Assembly (NCBI RefSeq): GCF_004010195.1
Contig: NC_057749.1
Coordinates: 24,946,979 to 25,010,978, forward strand
DNA length: 64,000 bases
Origin: Chiloscyllium plagiosum
Lineage: Eukaryota
Direction: 5' to 3'
The notes beneath the pieces are model-generated. The model was not told the DNA's origin. It ran no database searches and worked only from the letters and a program-made list of their open reading frames with translations. Below, piece by piece: positions 24,180 to 37,550 of the stretch. The position numbers and the translations under genes are program-made. Within the stretch, counting starts at the first letter, position 1. The number at the start of each line of letters is the position of its first letter.

Positions 24180-25930
24180 GGGTGATCTAAGATGGAGGAC
24201 GGGAAAAATTTCTGGCTGTAAGAGCTGCTCCTTTTTTTTGAGGTGTTTTAGGTGTTGGAGGTGATTTCCTCGAATTCCAAGAGCAGCAGTTACTGTTTTA
24301 TATGCTGTTGCATTGTTTTGGAACTTTGGGGAAAAAAAAGTCAAAAGAACAGCAGTTTAAAAGGGAGAAGAGCAGACAAAGGAAGCACGTGGTGAGGACA
24401 GTGCAGGAGAGACAGTGAGTGAGAACCTGCCCAGTTACCGCCTTTGCTGTTTGAATTCATGTATCACTGGACATCGGAGTGCATCTGGGAAAATTAACAA
24501 ACAGTGAAATTCACAACTAATCTTGGAGGAACTGTTGGGCGAAGTTCACAGCACAGAATCAGATAAGGTAATTGTTGTTTTAAGTCTGTCCAAGAGAAAG
24601 GCTGCAGTAGTGAGTATAGTGGATTCTTTCTTGATTATATGTTTTTGGAGATAAGTCTCTTGATTAAACTTAAAATATAAGCCATAGCTATTAATTTAAC
24701 CTGGGGCAGTGTTGTAGAGGAATAAGACGGTGTTATGTTCTGGGTCTGTAGATTGTGAAGGAGCAAAAATGGCCTTTGCAGTGAGATGTACTTCTTNNNN
24801 NNNNNNNNNNNNNNNNNNNNNNNNNNNNNNNNNNNNNNNNNNNNNNNNNNNNNNNNNNNNNNNNNNNNNNNNNNNNNNNNNNNNNNNNNNNNNNNNNNNN
24901 NNNNNNNNNNNNNNNNNNNNNNNNNNNNNNNNNNNNNNNNNNNNNNNNNNNNNNNNNNNNNNNNNNNNNNNNNNNNNNNNNNNNNNNNNNNNNNNNNNNN
25001 NNNNNNNNNNNNNNNNNNNNNNNNNNNNNNNNNNNNNNNNNNNNNNNNNNNNNNNNNNNNNNNNNNNNNNNNNNNNNNNNNNNNNNNNNNNNNNNNNNNN
25101 NNNNNNNNNNNNNNNNNNNNNNNNNNNNNNNNNNNNNNNNNNNNNNNNNNNNNNNNNNNNNNNNNNNNNNNNNNNNNNNNNNNNNNNNNNNNNNNNNNNN
25201 NNNNNNNNNNNNNNNNNNNNNNNNNNNNNNNNNNNNNNNNNNNNNNNNNNNNNNNNNNNNNNNNNNNNNNNNNNNNNNNNNNNNNNNNNNNNNNNNNNNN
25301 NNNNNNNNNNNNNNNNNNNNNNNNNNNNNNNNNNNNNNNNNNNNNNNNNNNNNNNNNNNNNNNNNNNNNNNNNNNNNNNNNNNNNNNNNNNNNNNNNNNN
25401 NNNNNNNNNNNNNNNNNNNNNNNNNNNNNNNNNNNNNNNNNNNNNNNNNNNNNNNNNNNNNNNNNNNNNNNNNNNNNNNNNNNNNNNNNNNNNNNNNNNN
25501 NNNNNNNNNNNNNNNNNNNNNNNNNNNNNNNNNNNNNNNNNNNNNNNNNNNNNNNNNNNNNNNNNNNNNNNNNNNNNNNNNNNNNNNNNNNNNNNNNNNN
25601 NNNNNNNNNNNNNNNNNNNNNNNNNNNNNNNNNNNNNNNNNNNNNNNNNNNNNNNNNNNNNNNNNNNNNNNNNNNNNNNNNNNNNNNNNNNNNNNNNNNN
25701 NNNNNNNNNNNNNNNNNNGGAGTGGCATTTTTGATAAGGGATAGCATTACATCTGTGCTAAGGGAGGATATTCCCAGAAATACATCCAGGGAAGTTATTT
25801 GGGTGGAACTGAGAAATAAGAAAGGGATAGTCACCTTATTGGGATTGTATTATAGACCCCCTAATTGTCAGAGGGAAATTGAGAAACAAACTTGTAAGGA
25901 GATCTCCGCTATCTGTAAGAATAATAGGGT
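24180..25930 (+). mobile_element. CR1 LINE 5' portion (5' UTR, ORF1 start, endonuclease), gap inside, 3' part missing
   Basis: MAFAVRCTS before the gap; GVAFLIRD..IWVELRNKKG..LLGLYYRPP (APE domain) after it. Confidence 0.8.
24797..25718. other. Assembly gap
   Basis: Run of N. Confidence 1.
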
Positions 25931-26389
25931 AGGGACATTCACAGTGAAGTTGGGGAGGGAGGTCCAGGATTTTTACCCAGCAACACTGAAGGAAGAGTGC
26001 TGTATTTTCTAGTCAGGGTGGGCAAATGGCTTGCAGCATGAGATGGACAGGAAATAGAGTGCAGGTGGAGACCCTGTCATCTGCTGGAGGAGGACGGGCT
26101 CTCAGAAGGAATGGGTGACCATCCCAACCTGTTAAGGCAATAATCACTGGATTCTGGAAAACTGCTAATGTCACACCCCAATTCATGAAGCTGCCTCTGA
26201 ACGACTTAGTGTGGATCACAGAAAATAGGGTGAGCTCTATCCATCATGTAATTATTGTAGAATCCCTACAGTAGGGAAGCACACCATTTGGCCAATCGAG
26301 TCCACACTGAACCCCTGAAGAGCATCCAACCTCTCCCAAAGCCAATCCACCTCAGCTGCAAATCTTTGGACGCTGGGAGAAAATCAACC

Positions 26390-27618
26390 AGGAGAAAGTG
26401 AGGACTGCGGATGTTGGAGATAAGAGTTGAGAGTGTGGTGCTGGAAAAGCACAGCAGGTCAGGCAGCATCCGAGGAATGGGAGAGTCAACGTTTCGGGCA
26501 TAAACGCTTCATCAGGAATGAGGCTTGTGGGCCAGAGGATGCTGAGAGATAAATGGGAGGAGGATAGGGCTGGGGGAGAGGGAGCTGAGAATGCGATAGG
26601 TGGGAGAGAAGGCGATAGGTCAGAGAGGAGGGTGGAGCAGATAGACACGAAAGATGATGGACAGGTTAAGAGGGCAGTGCCGAGTTGGAGGCTTGGGACT
26701 GGGATAAGATGGCAGGAGGGAAAATGAGGAAACTGGTGAAATCCATATTAATCACGGGTGGTTGTAGGGTCCCAAGGCAGAAGATGAGGCGTTCCTCCTC
26801 CAGGCGTCGGGTGGTTAGGGTTTGGCGATGGAGGAGGCCCAGGACCTGCGTGTCCTTGGTGGAGTGGAAGGGAGAGTTAAAGTGTTCCACCCCACCAACC
26901 TCCGGATACATTGCATCATCCTCTACCACTTCCGCCACCTCCAAACGGACCCTAGCACTAGGGATATAATTCCCTCCCCACTCCTATCAGTATTTCAGAG
27001 AGAGCATTCCCTCCGTGACTCCCTTGTCAGATCCACGCCCCACCCCCCCACCAGCCCTCACCCTACTCCTGGCACCTTCCCCTGCCACTGCAGGAAGTGC
27101 AAAACCTGTGCCCACACCTCCTCCCAAGACCCCAAAGGATCCTTCCGCATCCGACAGAAATTTACTTGCACCTCCACTAATGTCACCTACTGCATCCATG
27201 CACCCGGTGTGGTCTCCTCTGCACCGGGGAGACAGGACGCCAACTTACAGATTGTTTCAGAGAACATCTCTGGGACATCTGCACCCACAAACCCGCCCCC
27301 GCCCCATGGCTGAGCACTTCAACTCCCCCTCCACCAAGGACATGCAGGTCCTGGGCCTTTTCCAACACCAAACCCTAACCACCCAACGCCTGGAGGAGGA
27401 ATGCCATCTATCCACTTCACCTTCCACCTATCACCTTCTCCCCCACCTCTTGAATTCTCAACTACCTTCACACTAGCCCCACCCCCCTCCCATTTATCTC
27501 TCAACCCCCGGCCCACAAGCCTCATTCCTGATGAAGGGCTTCTGCCCAAAACATTGATTCTCCTACTCCTCAGACACTGCCTGACCTGCTGTGCTTTTCC
27601 AGCACCACACTCTCAACT
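26390..27618. mobile_element. Penelope-like element: inverted pair of 3' ends including a GIY-YIG region, inserted in an HE1 SINE
   Basis: PGTFPCHCRKCKTCAH..FTCTSTNVTYCI..EHF..RRLEEERLIFCLGTLQP; 26390-26890 is a reverse copy of ~27310-27618. Confidence 0.85.
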
Positions 27619-30336
27619 CACGCAGTCACGGGAAGAACATGCAAACTTCACACAGATAGTCACCTGAGACTAGAATTGAACCTGGGTCCCTGCCGCTGTG
27701 AGGCAGCAGTGCTAACCGCTGAGCCACTCTTACTGTAGCACTAAACAAACAGATTCTGAAGTAATCCCTTGTGTGCAGCAAATACAAAGGCAGAAGCACA
27801 ATCATTCCACGATAATGCAAAGTCTGATAGCTCCAAATTAAAGTTCTACATCTGCCAGCTGCAGCTTATCTTCAGGGCAATCCCAGTGATTATGTGCAAA
27901 TGATCATAAATTGGCTTCATGAAGGAATTAGAGATGCAGAGGAAAAAACAGAGCAGCAAGACACTAGCATCTCCACCCTGCTCCCTGACTGTACCAGTAA
28001 ATAGATTAAGTCTTTATAATCCCAGAGGGCTGCTCTCTCAGTAAGGAGAGACAACTGGGTGGTGGTTTAACCTGAGAGTCATCACACCTCAGACAAAAGG
28101 CAAGGGTGAGAAAGCTTCATATTAATCTCAGCTGACACAGGAATGGCATCTCTCTGCATCACAAACCACCTGTCCAGCTGATTCCCATTCCCCACCCCTC
28201 CCCAAGAATGACACTCTAAGCACCAAACGAACACAGATATTGCTGGACAGGTCCTGGGCCTTTCCCAACACCAAACCCTAACCACCCAACGCCTGGAGGA
28301 AGAATACCTCATCTTCCACGTTGGGACCCTACAACCACAGAGGATTAATGTGGATTTCACCTGTTTCCTCATTTCCCGTCCCCACAACCTTCTTCCACTC
28401 CCAAGCCTCCAACTCAGCACTGCCCTCTTGACCTGCCCATCAACTTTCCCATCTATAGATCCTCTTCAGAAAGAAATGCAGCAGGACCAGGTGAGTTTCT
28501 CCAGCATCTACTGTGCTCGTTTCACATTTCCAGCATCTGAATATTTTGTTCTTGTTATGTTGGTCCTTCGCAGTTGGTATGGTTCTTCCACAAAGATAAA
28601 CTCTGGACTCATTGCCTGCATTTTTCGTTTCTGATAGATATAGGTTGAAATCTCAAACAATGAGATAAAGGAAATCTTGCGGTTGAATGTTTAAACCTGG
28701 AGTCAGGGAGATGAGTAAATGGGCAGTGTACCTCTCTCCCAATTCCAAGCAATCATAGAATCCCTACTGTGTGGAAGCAGGCCATTCAGTCCATCGAGTC
28801 CACACCAACCCTCTGAAGACCATGTCACTCTAACCCATCCCCCTACCCTATCATTGTAACGCTGTATTTCCCATGGCTAACCCACCTGGCTTGCATATCC
28901 CTGGACATTACAAGGCAATTTAGCATGGCCAATCCATCTAACCTGTGCATCCTTGGACACCCACCACCATCCCCCACTTCCGCTCCCACCCCCACCTGCC
29001 TCAAGCTCCCACAGATGGAATAAGAGAGGGTGAAGAACCTCAGCCACAAATGGTCAGTGATCAATTGAGCTCATTATGGGTTTATAATGATGTAGACCTA
29101 TTGAGGGCTCCTCTGTTGCAGCGGTAGTGTCCCATCTCTCAGCTGGGATGCTTATGTACATGTCCCAACAGCTCTGGAGGTTTGTAATAACATCTCTGAA
29201 GGTGTGGGTTAGAAAATATCTACAATGAGATCTTCAGACCTAGAGTAAAGACTTCCAACCATCATACCCATCTTTGGGCTCTTGTTGCTCAGCGGTACAA
29301 AAAGATACCTCTGAAGACGGACGGAATGGACTTTTCCAATCAGTCACTGAGGTGGGAGGGGGCTGGGTGGAATTGGGGAAGGGTACACCTGGCTGAGAGC
29401 TGGATGCTTGGTGTCAGACTTGGAGAAAGGAGGAAATGATATGGCAGGATGGCTCGGTGGCTAGCATTACTGCCTCACAACGCCAGGGACCCGGATTTGA
29501 TTCCAGCCACTGTGTGGAGTTTGCATGTTCTCCCTGTGTCTGCGTGGTTTTCCTCCCACGATTCACAGCTCTGTAGGTTAAGTGGACTGGCCATGCTAAA
29601 ATCGCCCACAGTGTTCAGGGATGTGCTGGTTATGTGCATTAGTTAGAGTAGTAGGGGGGTGGGTTACTCTTTGGAGGGTCGGTGTGGACTTGTAGATTCT
29701 GAATGGACTGTTTCCACACTATAGGGCTTCTATGATGATTGGAGTAGGACCGTGTGGGAGACTTCATCTGTAGCCTGTCCTATGGAGCATTACTTTTCCC
29801 ATGTGGTTAGCATCTGAGATCATTTAAACTTAAACTGAAAAAACGTGGACAGAAAGCACTCACCCCCATAAGGGTAGGTGCTGCTGCCTTAATCTGAAGA
29901 GTCGCCTATTGGCAAATATTTATTTACAAGATAGGAGCATCACTGACCAGGCTAGCATTTATTACCTAACCCTAATTACCCAGGAGGCAGTTAAGAGTCA
30001 ACCATATTGCTGTGGGTCTGGAGTCACATGTAGGCTGGAACAGGTAAGAATGGCAGTTTCCTTCTCTAAAGGGGATTAATGTACCAATACGTTTTTAAGA
30101 CACTTGGTAGTGGTTACATGGTCAACTTCAGGCTAACTCTCTATTCCAGATGTTATCAAATTCAAATTTCATCATCTGCCATGATGGGAATCACACAGGC
30201 AAAAGTGAGGACTGCAGATGCTGGAGATCAGAGTCAAGGTTAGAGTGGTGCTGGAAAAGCACAGCAGGTCAGGCAGCATCTGAGGAGCAGGAAAATCAAC
30301 GTTTCGGGCACGAGCCCTTCATCAGGAAAGAGCACA

Positions 30337-30632
30337 TGTGTGTGTATGCATGTGTGTGTGTGTATATGCTAGTATGTGTACGTGTGTGTGTGTGTATGCA
30401 TGAGTGTATGCGCATAAGTGGGGGCATGTACAATGCTAATGTTTGTGTGTGTGGATGACTACCAGTGTATATGAATGTGTGTGTCTGTGAGTGTGTGTGT
30501 GTGTCTGAGCATGAGTGTGTCTGTGTGTGTGTGTTTCTGAGTATTTGTGTCTGTCTATGTATGTGTCAGTATGTTTCCAGGTATTTGTGTGTGTGTGTGT
30601 GTCTGAGTATGTGACAGGGTGTATATGTGTGT
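30337..30632. repeat. Imperfect (TG)n microsatellite
   Basis: Visible TG/TA-rich repeat. Confidence 0.95.
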
Positions 30633-31503
30633 CTTCCTGATCTTTGTTCTTAAACTGGTATTCTATCATAAATGCCATTTGCTGTCATCCTTTCCCTTTC
30701 CCGGTCGGAGTATGTGCTTTCCAACCTGACATCCTGGTCAGCTGCTTGACACATACTTGCTGCTGCTCGCCCTCGGATGTGTGGATGGTGAGTAACATCA
30801 CAGGAGACACACTGATATTCAGCAACATTTTGAGTCAAATCCATTGCATTTCCAAAATCGCACTTCATGATGTCAAAAACAAAGAGAGATTTTTACCAAG
30901 GGTGGGCTTTTTTTCACCCTGCTCTGGGTGAAGTTGGAAGATAATGCTATATTCCGCTCCCCTCCTTCCAGTGGGAGTTGGAGGATGGGGAGGGGTGTAA
31001 TTGGCTGGATGTGGTCTTTGTGTCTCTTGGACAGAAGTCCTACCTTAGCTCCAGTGGCATTGCTGCCTCACAGCGCCAGGGACCCGGGTTCAATTCCAGT
31101 CTTGGGAGACTCTCGATGTGGAGTTTGTATGTTCTTCCCGTGTCTGTGTAGGTTTCCACCCACAATCCAACGATGTGCAGATTAGGGTGGATTGGCTGTG
31201 GGAAATTGCCCAATGAGTCCAGAGATGTGTGGGCTAGCTGGATTAGCCACGGGGAATGCAAGGTTACAGGGATAGGGTAGGGGGAAGTCTAGGTGGGATG
31301 CTCTTCAGAGGGTCACTGTGGTCCTGATGGGCTATATGACCTGCTTCCTCACTGTTAGGGACTCTATGGAGTGCTGGCACACAATCTGTTGGCATATTCA
31401 GAACACCCGCCTTCATTCCCCAACCTGGTGAGTCAGAAAGATTAAACCCGGGGGAGTGGTGGGGGAATACGGCCATTTCCAAACTTTTTTTCCTGATGTG
31501 GCT

Positions 31504-31815
31504 CACGGGGTGGCACAGTGGTTAGCACTGCTGCCTCACAGCGCCAGAGACCCGGGTTCAATTACCGCCTCGGGCGACTCTCTGTGTGGAGTTTGCACAT
31601 TCTCCCCGTGTCTGCGTGGGTTTCCTCCGGGTGCTCCGGTTTCCTCCCACAGTCTGAAAATGTGCAGGTTAAGTGAATTGGCCATGCTAAATTGCCCGTA
31701 GTGTTAGGTGAAGGGGTAAATGTAGGGGAATGGGTCTGGGTGGGTTGCTCTTCGGAGGGTCGGTGTGGACTTGATTGGGCCGAAGGGCCTGTTTCCACAC
31801 TGTAAGTAATCTAAT
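31504..31815 (+). mobile_element. Young HE1 SINE
   Basis: Intact A/B boxes, CpGs retained; near-identical to copies at 34217 and 40559. Confidence 0.92.
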
Positions 31816-33529
31816 ACAACTGTTCAAAGACCATGCACTTCTACTCTTTCACTGAGGAATAATGCTTTTCCATCAAGTTATCATGCCTCATATACAACAC
31901 TTATACATGAATTTTAATGCCAGGTATATATTGCCACAACTGTACAAGTGTGACAGTAAGGTTTAAGTATAGACCAAATTAACAGGTACCCAGCAACTGT
32001 AATAACTTCCATTTATACAGCATGTTTCCTGTAAAAATTTCAGACTGCTTCAAAAATGGAAATAGCTTGAGTCAATACTGACCTATTACCATAAAATACA
32101 GGAGCCAAATTAGGCCAGTCAGCCCATCGAGTGTGCTCTGTCACTCAATGAGATCATGTCTGATCACAGAAACACAGAAGATGGGAGCAGGAGGAGGCCA
32201 TTTGGCCCTTCGAGCCTGCTCCACCATTCATCACCATCATGGCTGACCGTCCAACTCAATAGCCTTATCCTGCTTTCTCCCATAACCTTTGATCCCATTC
32301 GCCCCCAAGTGCTATATCCAGCCGCCTCTTGAATACATTTAATGTTTTGGCATCAGCTACTTCCTGTGGTAATGAATTCCACAGGCTCACCACTCTCTGG
32401 GTGAAGAAATGTCTCCTCATTTGCATCCTAAATGATCCACCCCGAACCCTCAGACTGTGACCCCAGTTCTGGACACACTCACCACCAGGAACACCCTCCC
32501 TGCATCTACCCTGTCTAGATCTGGTAATTCTCAATTCCATTATGTTGGGTGTCTCGAGTTTATTTTTTATTCATGGGATGTGGCTATCAGCATTGAATTG
32601 AGACTTAATGCTTTCAGAGGGACGCTTTCATTGCTGCAGGTCTAGAGTAACGTTTAGGCTAGATTGGGTAAAGGTTGGAGATTCTCTTCCCTAAAGAAGG
32701 TTAATGAACCGGCTGGGTATTTATAACAATCAACATGGTTAGGTTTTTAATTTAAATTCAACCCTCCGTCATGGTGGGATTTGAACACTTACCCACTCAG
32801 CACGTTAATCTCGGACCCTGGATTACTAATCTACTGGCATCACCATGGGACCACCACTCTTAGAATGGCGAGACTGTCTTATGCCAACAAACTGGTTATG
32901 CATTTCCTAAAGTTTCAAAGAACAAGCGATGGTCTTACTGTCACTTATAATGTTCTCGGGATGATACAGAGATGAAGTTTCCCACTTGGCTGATGACATG
33001 AGAAGTAGGGGACAGAATCGCAGGATATGGGGCTGGCCGTTTAAGACTGAGCTGGTGAGAAATTTCTTCACTCAGAGAGTGTAAAATCATTTTGAAAAAA
33101 TATTCAATTTAAAAATTAGAAAGGTGTGAATCTTTGGCATTCGCTTTGTCGCTGAGCTCGGATTCCAGTTCAAAATTCATAGATCCTGGAGATTGACAAC
33201 ATTAAAAGATATGGGGATCGTGCAGGAAAATGGCATTGAGTAGATGATGAGCTATGGTTTAAAATAGTTGTACAGCCCGAAAGGCCTGAATTGTCTAATC
33301 CTGCATCTATGTTCCTTTATTCAAACAGCTAGGTTTTAAGGTGCGTGTCCTGAAGGAATGCAAGGTCGAGAGGGAAAGAGGTAGGCACCTAGACTTCGAT
33401 TAAAATTAGAGATATTGGCAAGGGAAGACTTAGAGAAATGAGAACTCTTGGGGGGGGGGGAGCTGGATGAGGTTTCTGAGACAGGAAGGGGTTAAACCAT
33501 GGTGGGATTTGAAAACAAGTATTAGAAAA

Positions 33530-33832
33530 GGTGGCACAGTGGTTAGCACTGCTGCTTCACAGCGCCAGAGGCCCGGTTCAATTCCTGCCTCAGGCAACTG
33601 ACTGTGTGGAGTTTGCACATTCTCCCTGTGTCTGCGTGGGTTTGCTCTGGTTTCCTCCCACAGTCCAAAAATGTGCAGGTTAGGTGAATTGGCCATGCTA
33701 AATTGCCTGTAGTGTTAGGTGAAGGGGTAATTGTAGGGTAATGGGTCTGGGTGGGTTGCTCTTCGGAGGGTCAGTGTGGACTTGTTGGGGCGAAGGGCCT
33801 GTTTCCACATTGTAAGTAATCTAACCTAATCA
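33530..33832 (+). mobile_element. HE1 SINE inserted in an L2 remnant
   Basis: HE1 sequence; left flank (minus strand) encodes LVFKSHHGLTPSCLRNLIQ, L2 C-terminus-like. Confidence 0.85.
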
Positions 33833-34216
33833 AATTTAAAAACCAACATGATAATTGACTAGGAACCAAAGTAAACTCCTTGATATTGTTTAATATTAAT
33901 ATTAACCCTAATTCACTTGGTGAGAAACTGAGGGGAATGGGTTGTGTACCAGTTTTTCACAGTGCCTGATATTATTCTCCAGTCACTTGAATCGAGAGTA
34001 AAATTGAACAATTCTACAATAGGGTCACGCTGATTATCGGGGTTATATTCTCTTTCATGATTGGTGGTTATTCAGGCCAGCTGGATATCTGGAAATTTCT
34101 AAACTGCAAAGGATTTATTTTCTTTTAATCTCAAAGTGTACTTACACACGTAACTGAACACATCGATTGCCTACTGTGTGGAAGCAGGCCTTTTGGCCCA
34201 CTGAGTCCGCATCTTT

Positions 34217-34537
34217 GTGGGCGGCACGGTGGCACAGTGGTTAGCACTGTTGCCTCACAGCGCCAGAGACCCGGGTTCAATTCCCGCCTCAGGCGACTGA
34301 CTGTGTGGAGTTTGCACATTCTCCCCGTGTCTGCGTGGGTTTCCTCCGGGTGCTCCGGTTTCCTCCCACATCACAAAGATGTGCAGGGTCAGGTGAATTG
34401 GCCATACTAAATTGCCCGTAGTGTTAGGTGCAGGGGTAAATGTAGGGGAATGGGTCTGGGTGGGTTGCGCTTCGGCGGGTCGGTGTGGACTTGTTGGGCC
34501 GAAGGGCCTGTTTCCACACTGTAAGTAATCTCATCTA
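34217..34537 (+). mobile_element. Young HE1 SINE nested in an older antisense HE1 (~34165-34780)
   Basis: TSD ATCTTT at 34211-16 and 34538-43. Confidence 0.92.
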
Positions 34538-36001
34538 ATCTTTCTCCAAAGAGCAGCCCAGCCAGACCCTCAAACCCCCACCATATCCCTGGAATCCTGC
34601 ATGTCTTATAGCCAACTCACCTAACCTGCATATCTTTGGACAGTGGGAAGAACAGTCAAAGGAAACCCCCGCAGACATGGGGAGAAGGTGCATAGAGACA
34701 GTCACCACAGGCTAGAATCGAACGTTGGTCCCCAGAGTTAGGAGGTAGCAATGCTAACCACTGATCCACTGCGCCATCCCATTTTCCCATTTCCCTGTTA
34801 CTTAATCACTTTTTTTTTCATCTATTAAACAAAATCAGTAAATCACCCATGTTTACCAATTGAATCATAGAATCCCCACAGTGTGGAAACAGGCCCTTCG
34901 ACCTAACAAGTCCATGCCAACCCTCTGAAGAGTAATCTACCTAGACCCATTCAAATTGTTAAATTTATCAACAGAGCTCGTTAAAAGCTCTCTTGTGGCA
35001 CAGTGTAGTGTCCCTACCTCTGGACCAAGGGGGCCAGGTTCAAGTCCCACATGCTCCAGAGGTGTGTAATAACATATCTGAATTGGTTAGAAAAATAGGT
35101 TAAATTTGAAAATAAAGACAATGAAAACCATCAAGGCAGAGGGGCAGTGGGCTCAGTCAAAATGGATTTAGAGGGGGGCATAAAATTTACAGCCCCTATG
35201 GTGTCCAGCTCTCTCTCTAAAGGTATTGAGAGTATCAGTGGGCACTATGTGTCCCCTCTCCAAGGACACTCAGGCAAAAACACAGCCACAGAAAGGGGGC
35301 TAGGCAGTCGGCAACTATGATTCCCTCCATGGCCCCCTTCTGCATCTGTTAATGGCCGGTTTGGAAACTGCTAATGGATCATCAAGATACTGGCTGCCTT
35401 CAACCAGGGCAAGAACTCTTTGATGATCATCTGCTCTTAGAGTTCCTGTGGTTGCCTTAGAGTCTGTCCAATTTCACGACAATCCATCAGTTCAGGGAGC
35501 GGTCTCAAAATCAGTGTGAAACTTCGACCAATCAAATCCAAGTGAAGCATCAAAAGGATGAGAATAATGTGAGGAGAGTTCGCCGTGATCAGAGGATGAA
35601 AATGTCAGGAAGGTTCAGAGGTAGCAATTATTTTTCAAGCAAATGCTTGCTTCTATGATTCCATAAGATCCAACAAATAATGACTGGAAGAATGGTGGGT
35701 GAATATCTTTGAATGGTATTGGTTTAAAGGACAAATATTGGCCAATGCACATCTCATACCAACATATGAATTAGAATAGAGTAGGCCATTTGGCCCGTCA
35801 AATCTCCTCCGCTATTCAGTCAGATCCCGGACCAATGGATTGTTTTCTCAACTTCCCCATCTCGCCAATCTCTCCAGTGATTATTGATGTCTTTGTTAGT
35901 CAAGGGAGCTCATTTCCAAATGGCATCAGTGATTCGACTCATCTGTGTAAAAGGCACATAGATTCTCAGTTTAACGGCCCAGCAAAGGGATAGCACCACA
36001 G

Positions 36002-36639
36002 TGTTCTGGACCAGATCAAACCCTCTCAAAATAGATGAAGAAGATAGCCTAGACACTAATGTTTTCTTGTTTTAAAGACAAGTGCCAGGCATTATGCTCC
36101 AGATGCAATTGGATTGGTCATACTATCAGTCTAGAAGCAAAACACAATCTAATCATACACAATATTTAAAACACAACAAAGGAAAAGAGAAATTGGAATA
36201 ACTTGACTCTATTGGAAAACATTATGGAATAATAGATCATTTAACTACTAAACAGAAACAGTTTCAATATAGTAATATCCCATAAACACACCCTTGGCAA
36301 AGGCAAATTCAGCAAAATAGATTGTCTCACGTGCAATTTTAGCAGCAGAAAGAGAACCCCAGCTTTTAGCTATAATAGAAAGAGGAATAACAGCTTCCAC
36401 ATCCAGCTTCAAGACCTCAGCAGCTGCTTCTGAAAGACTAAAACTAAAAATCCTAATTCTGAGGCAGCTTGAACCCATACCCATTCAGGATGCTTCTATT
36501 GTTCCAACTTAAAAAAAACCCAAGGCCTCACAATCTGTTTACTTTATTGGCTTTGGAACAGACTGCCAGAACCTCTGTCGCAACCTTCCTTCCTAAAAAA
36601 GAGACAAAATACACCTCGTAAAGCCACCGTATCATCACA
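36002..36639 (-). mobile_element. Solo LTR (second LTR family), inserted in a DeuSINE-like copy
   Basis: TG...CA ends; 4-bp TSD ACAG (35998-36001 / 36640-36643); similar to 63365-63998. Confidence 0.85.
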
Positions 36640-36924
36640 ACAGATAATGCAGCACTCCCTCAGTTCGACATTGGAGTAGCAGCCCGGATAATGGGTTTTA
36701 AATAATCATCTTGGGGTTGGAATCCATGACTTTCTGACTCCAAGGTAAGAGTTTGCAACAAGACAAGTGTATGACATAAACAATACATCTGGAGCACATT
36801 TGCTGTCTGCCACATAGCTCTATTTCCTGCTGTTCACACTTCTCCATCACACTTTCAAGTGTCACACACTAATTCCTATTAAAACGCTAAATGTACAGAG
36901 ACATTCTCTCAGAACAGAAAGTAC

Positions 36925-36970
36925 CAAGGTTGGGAAGTCTGCTGCTCCTTAATTGATCTTGCCGAACATA
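36925..36970 (-). CDS. Candidate 46-nt exon (VCSARSIKEQQTSQP)
   Basis: Acceptor gctttctcttcag|; weak donor TG|gtactt; phase 1/2. Confidence 0.2.
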
Positions 36971-37343
36971 CTGAAGAGAAAGCTGACATATACAGTGTCC
37001 TGAATACGTAGAATTTCTGGAACAGAAAGAGGTCATTCGGCCCAACTAATCTGTGCTGGTATAAATAAAGTAACAAATCATAACATAAGAGTATAAGAAC
37101 CAGGAGCAAGAGTAGGCCATGTGGCCCATTGAGCCCTGATCCGCCATTCAATAGGATCGTGGCTGATCTCTTCATGGACTCAGCTCCACTCACGCCTCTC
37201 TCACTGTATCCCAGAATTCCTTTTACTATTTTGCCTTAAAAACACTCAATGGGGTAGCCTCAACTGCTTCACTGGGCAGGGAATTCCACAGATTCACAAA
37301 CGTTTGGGTGAAGAGGTTCCTCCTCAACTCAGTCCTTAATCTG

Positions 37344-37550
37344 GATTAGTGGTGCTGGAAAAGCACAGCAATTCAGGCAGCATCCGAGGAGCAGGAAAAT
37401 CGACCTTTTGGGCAAAAGCCCTTCATCAGGAATAGGCTTTTGCCCGAAACGTCGATTTTCCTGCTCCTTGGATGCTGCCTGAACTGCTGTGCTTTTCCAG
37501 CACCTCTAATCCAGAATCTGGTTTCCAGCATCTGCAGTCATTGTTTTTAC
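37344..37550. mobile_element. Penelope-like terminal palindrome inside a CR1 fragment (~37080-37840 -)
   Basis: Perfect 16-bp TSD CTCAGTCCTTAATCTG (37328-43 / 37551-66); inverted arms. Confidence 0.85.

Noticed and set aside
24635..26012. ORFs of 331-408 aa
   Set aside because: Artefacts of reading through the N gap
31504..31580. tRNA gene
   Set aside because: The A/B boxes run directly into the HE1 body, so this is a SINE head rather than a tRNA
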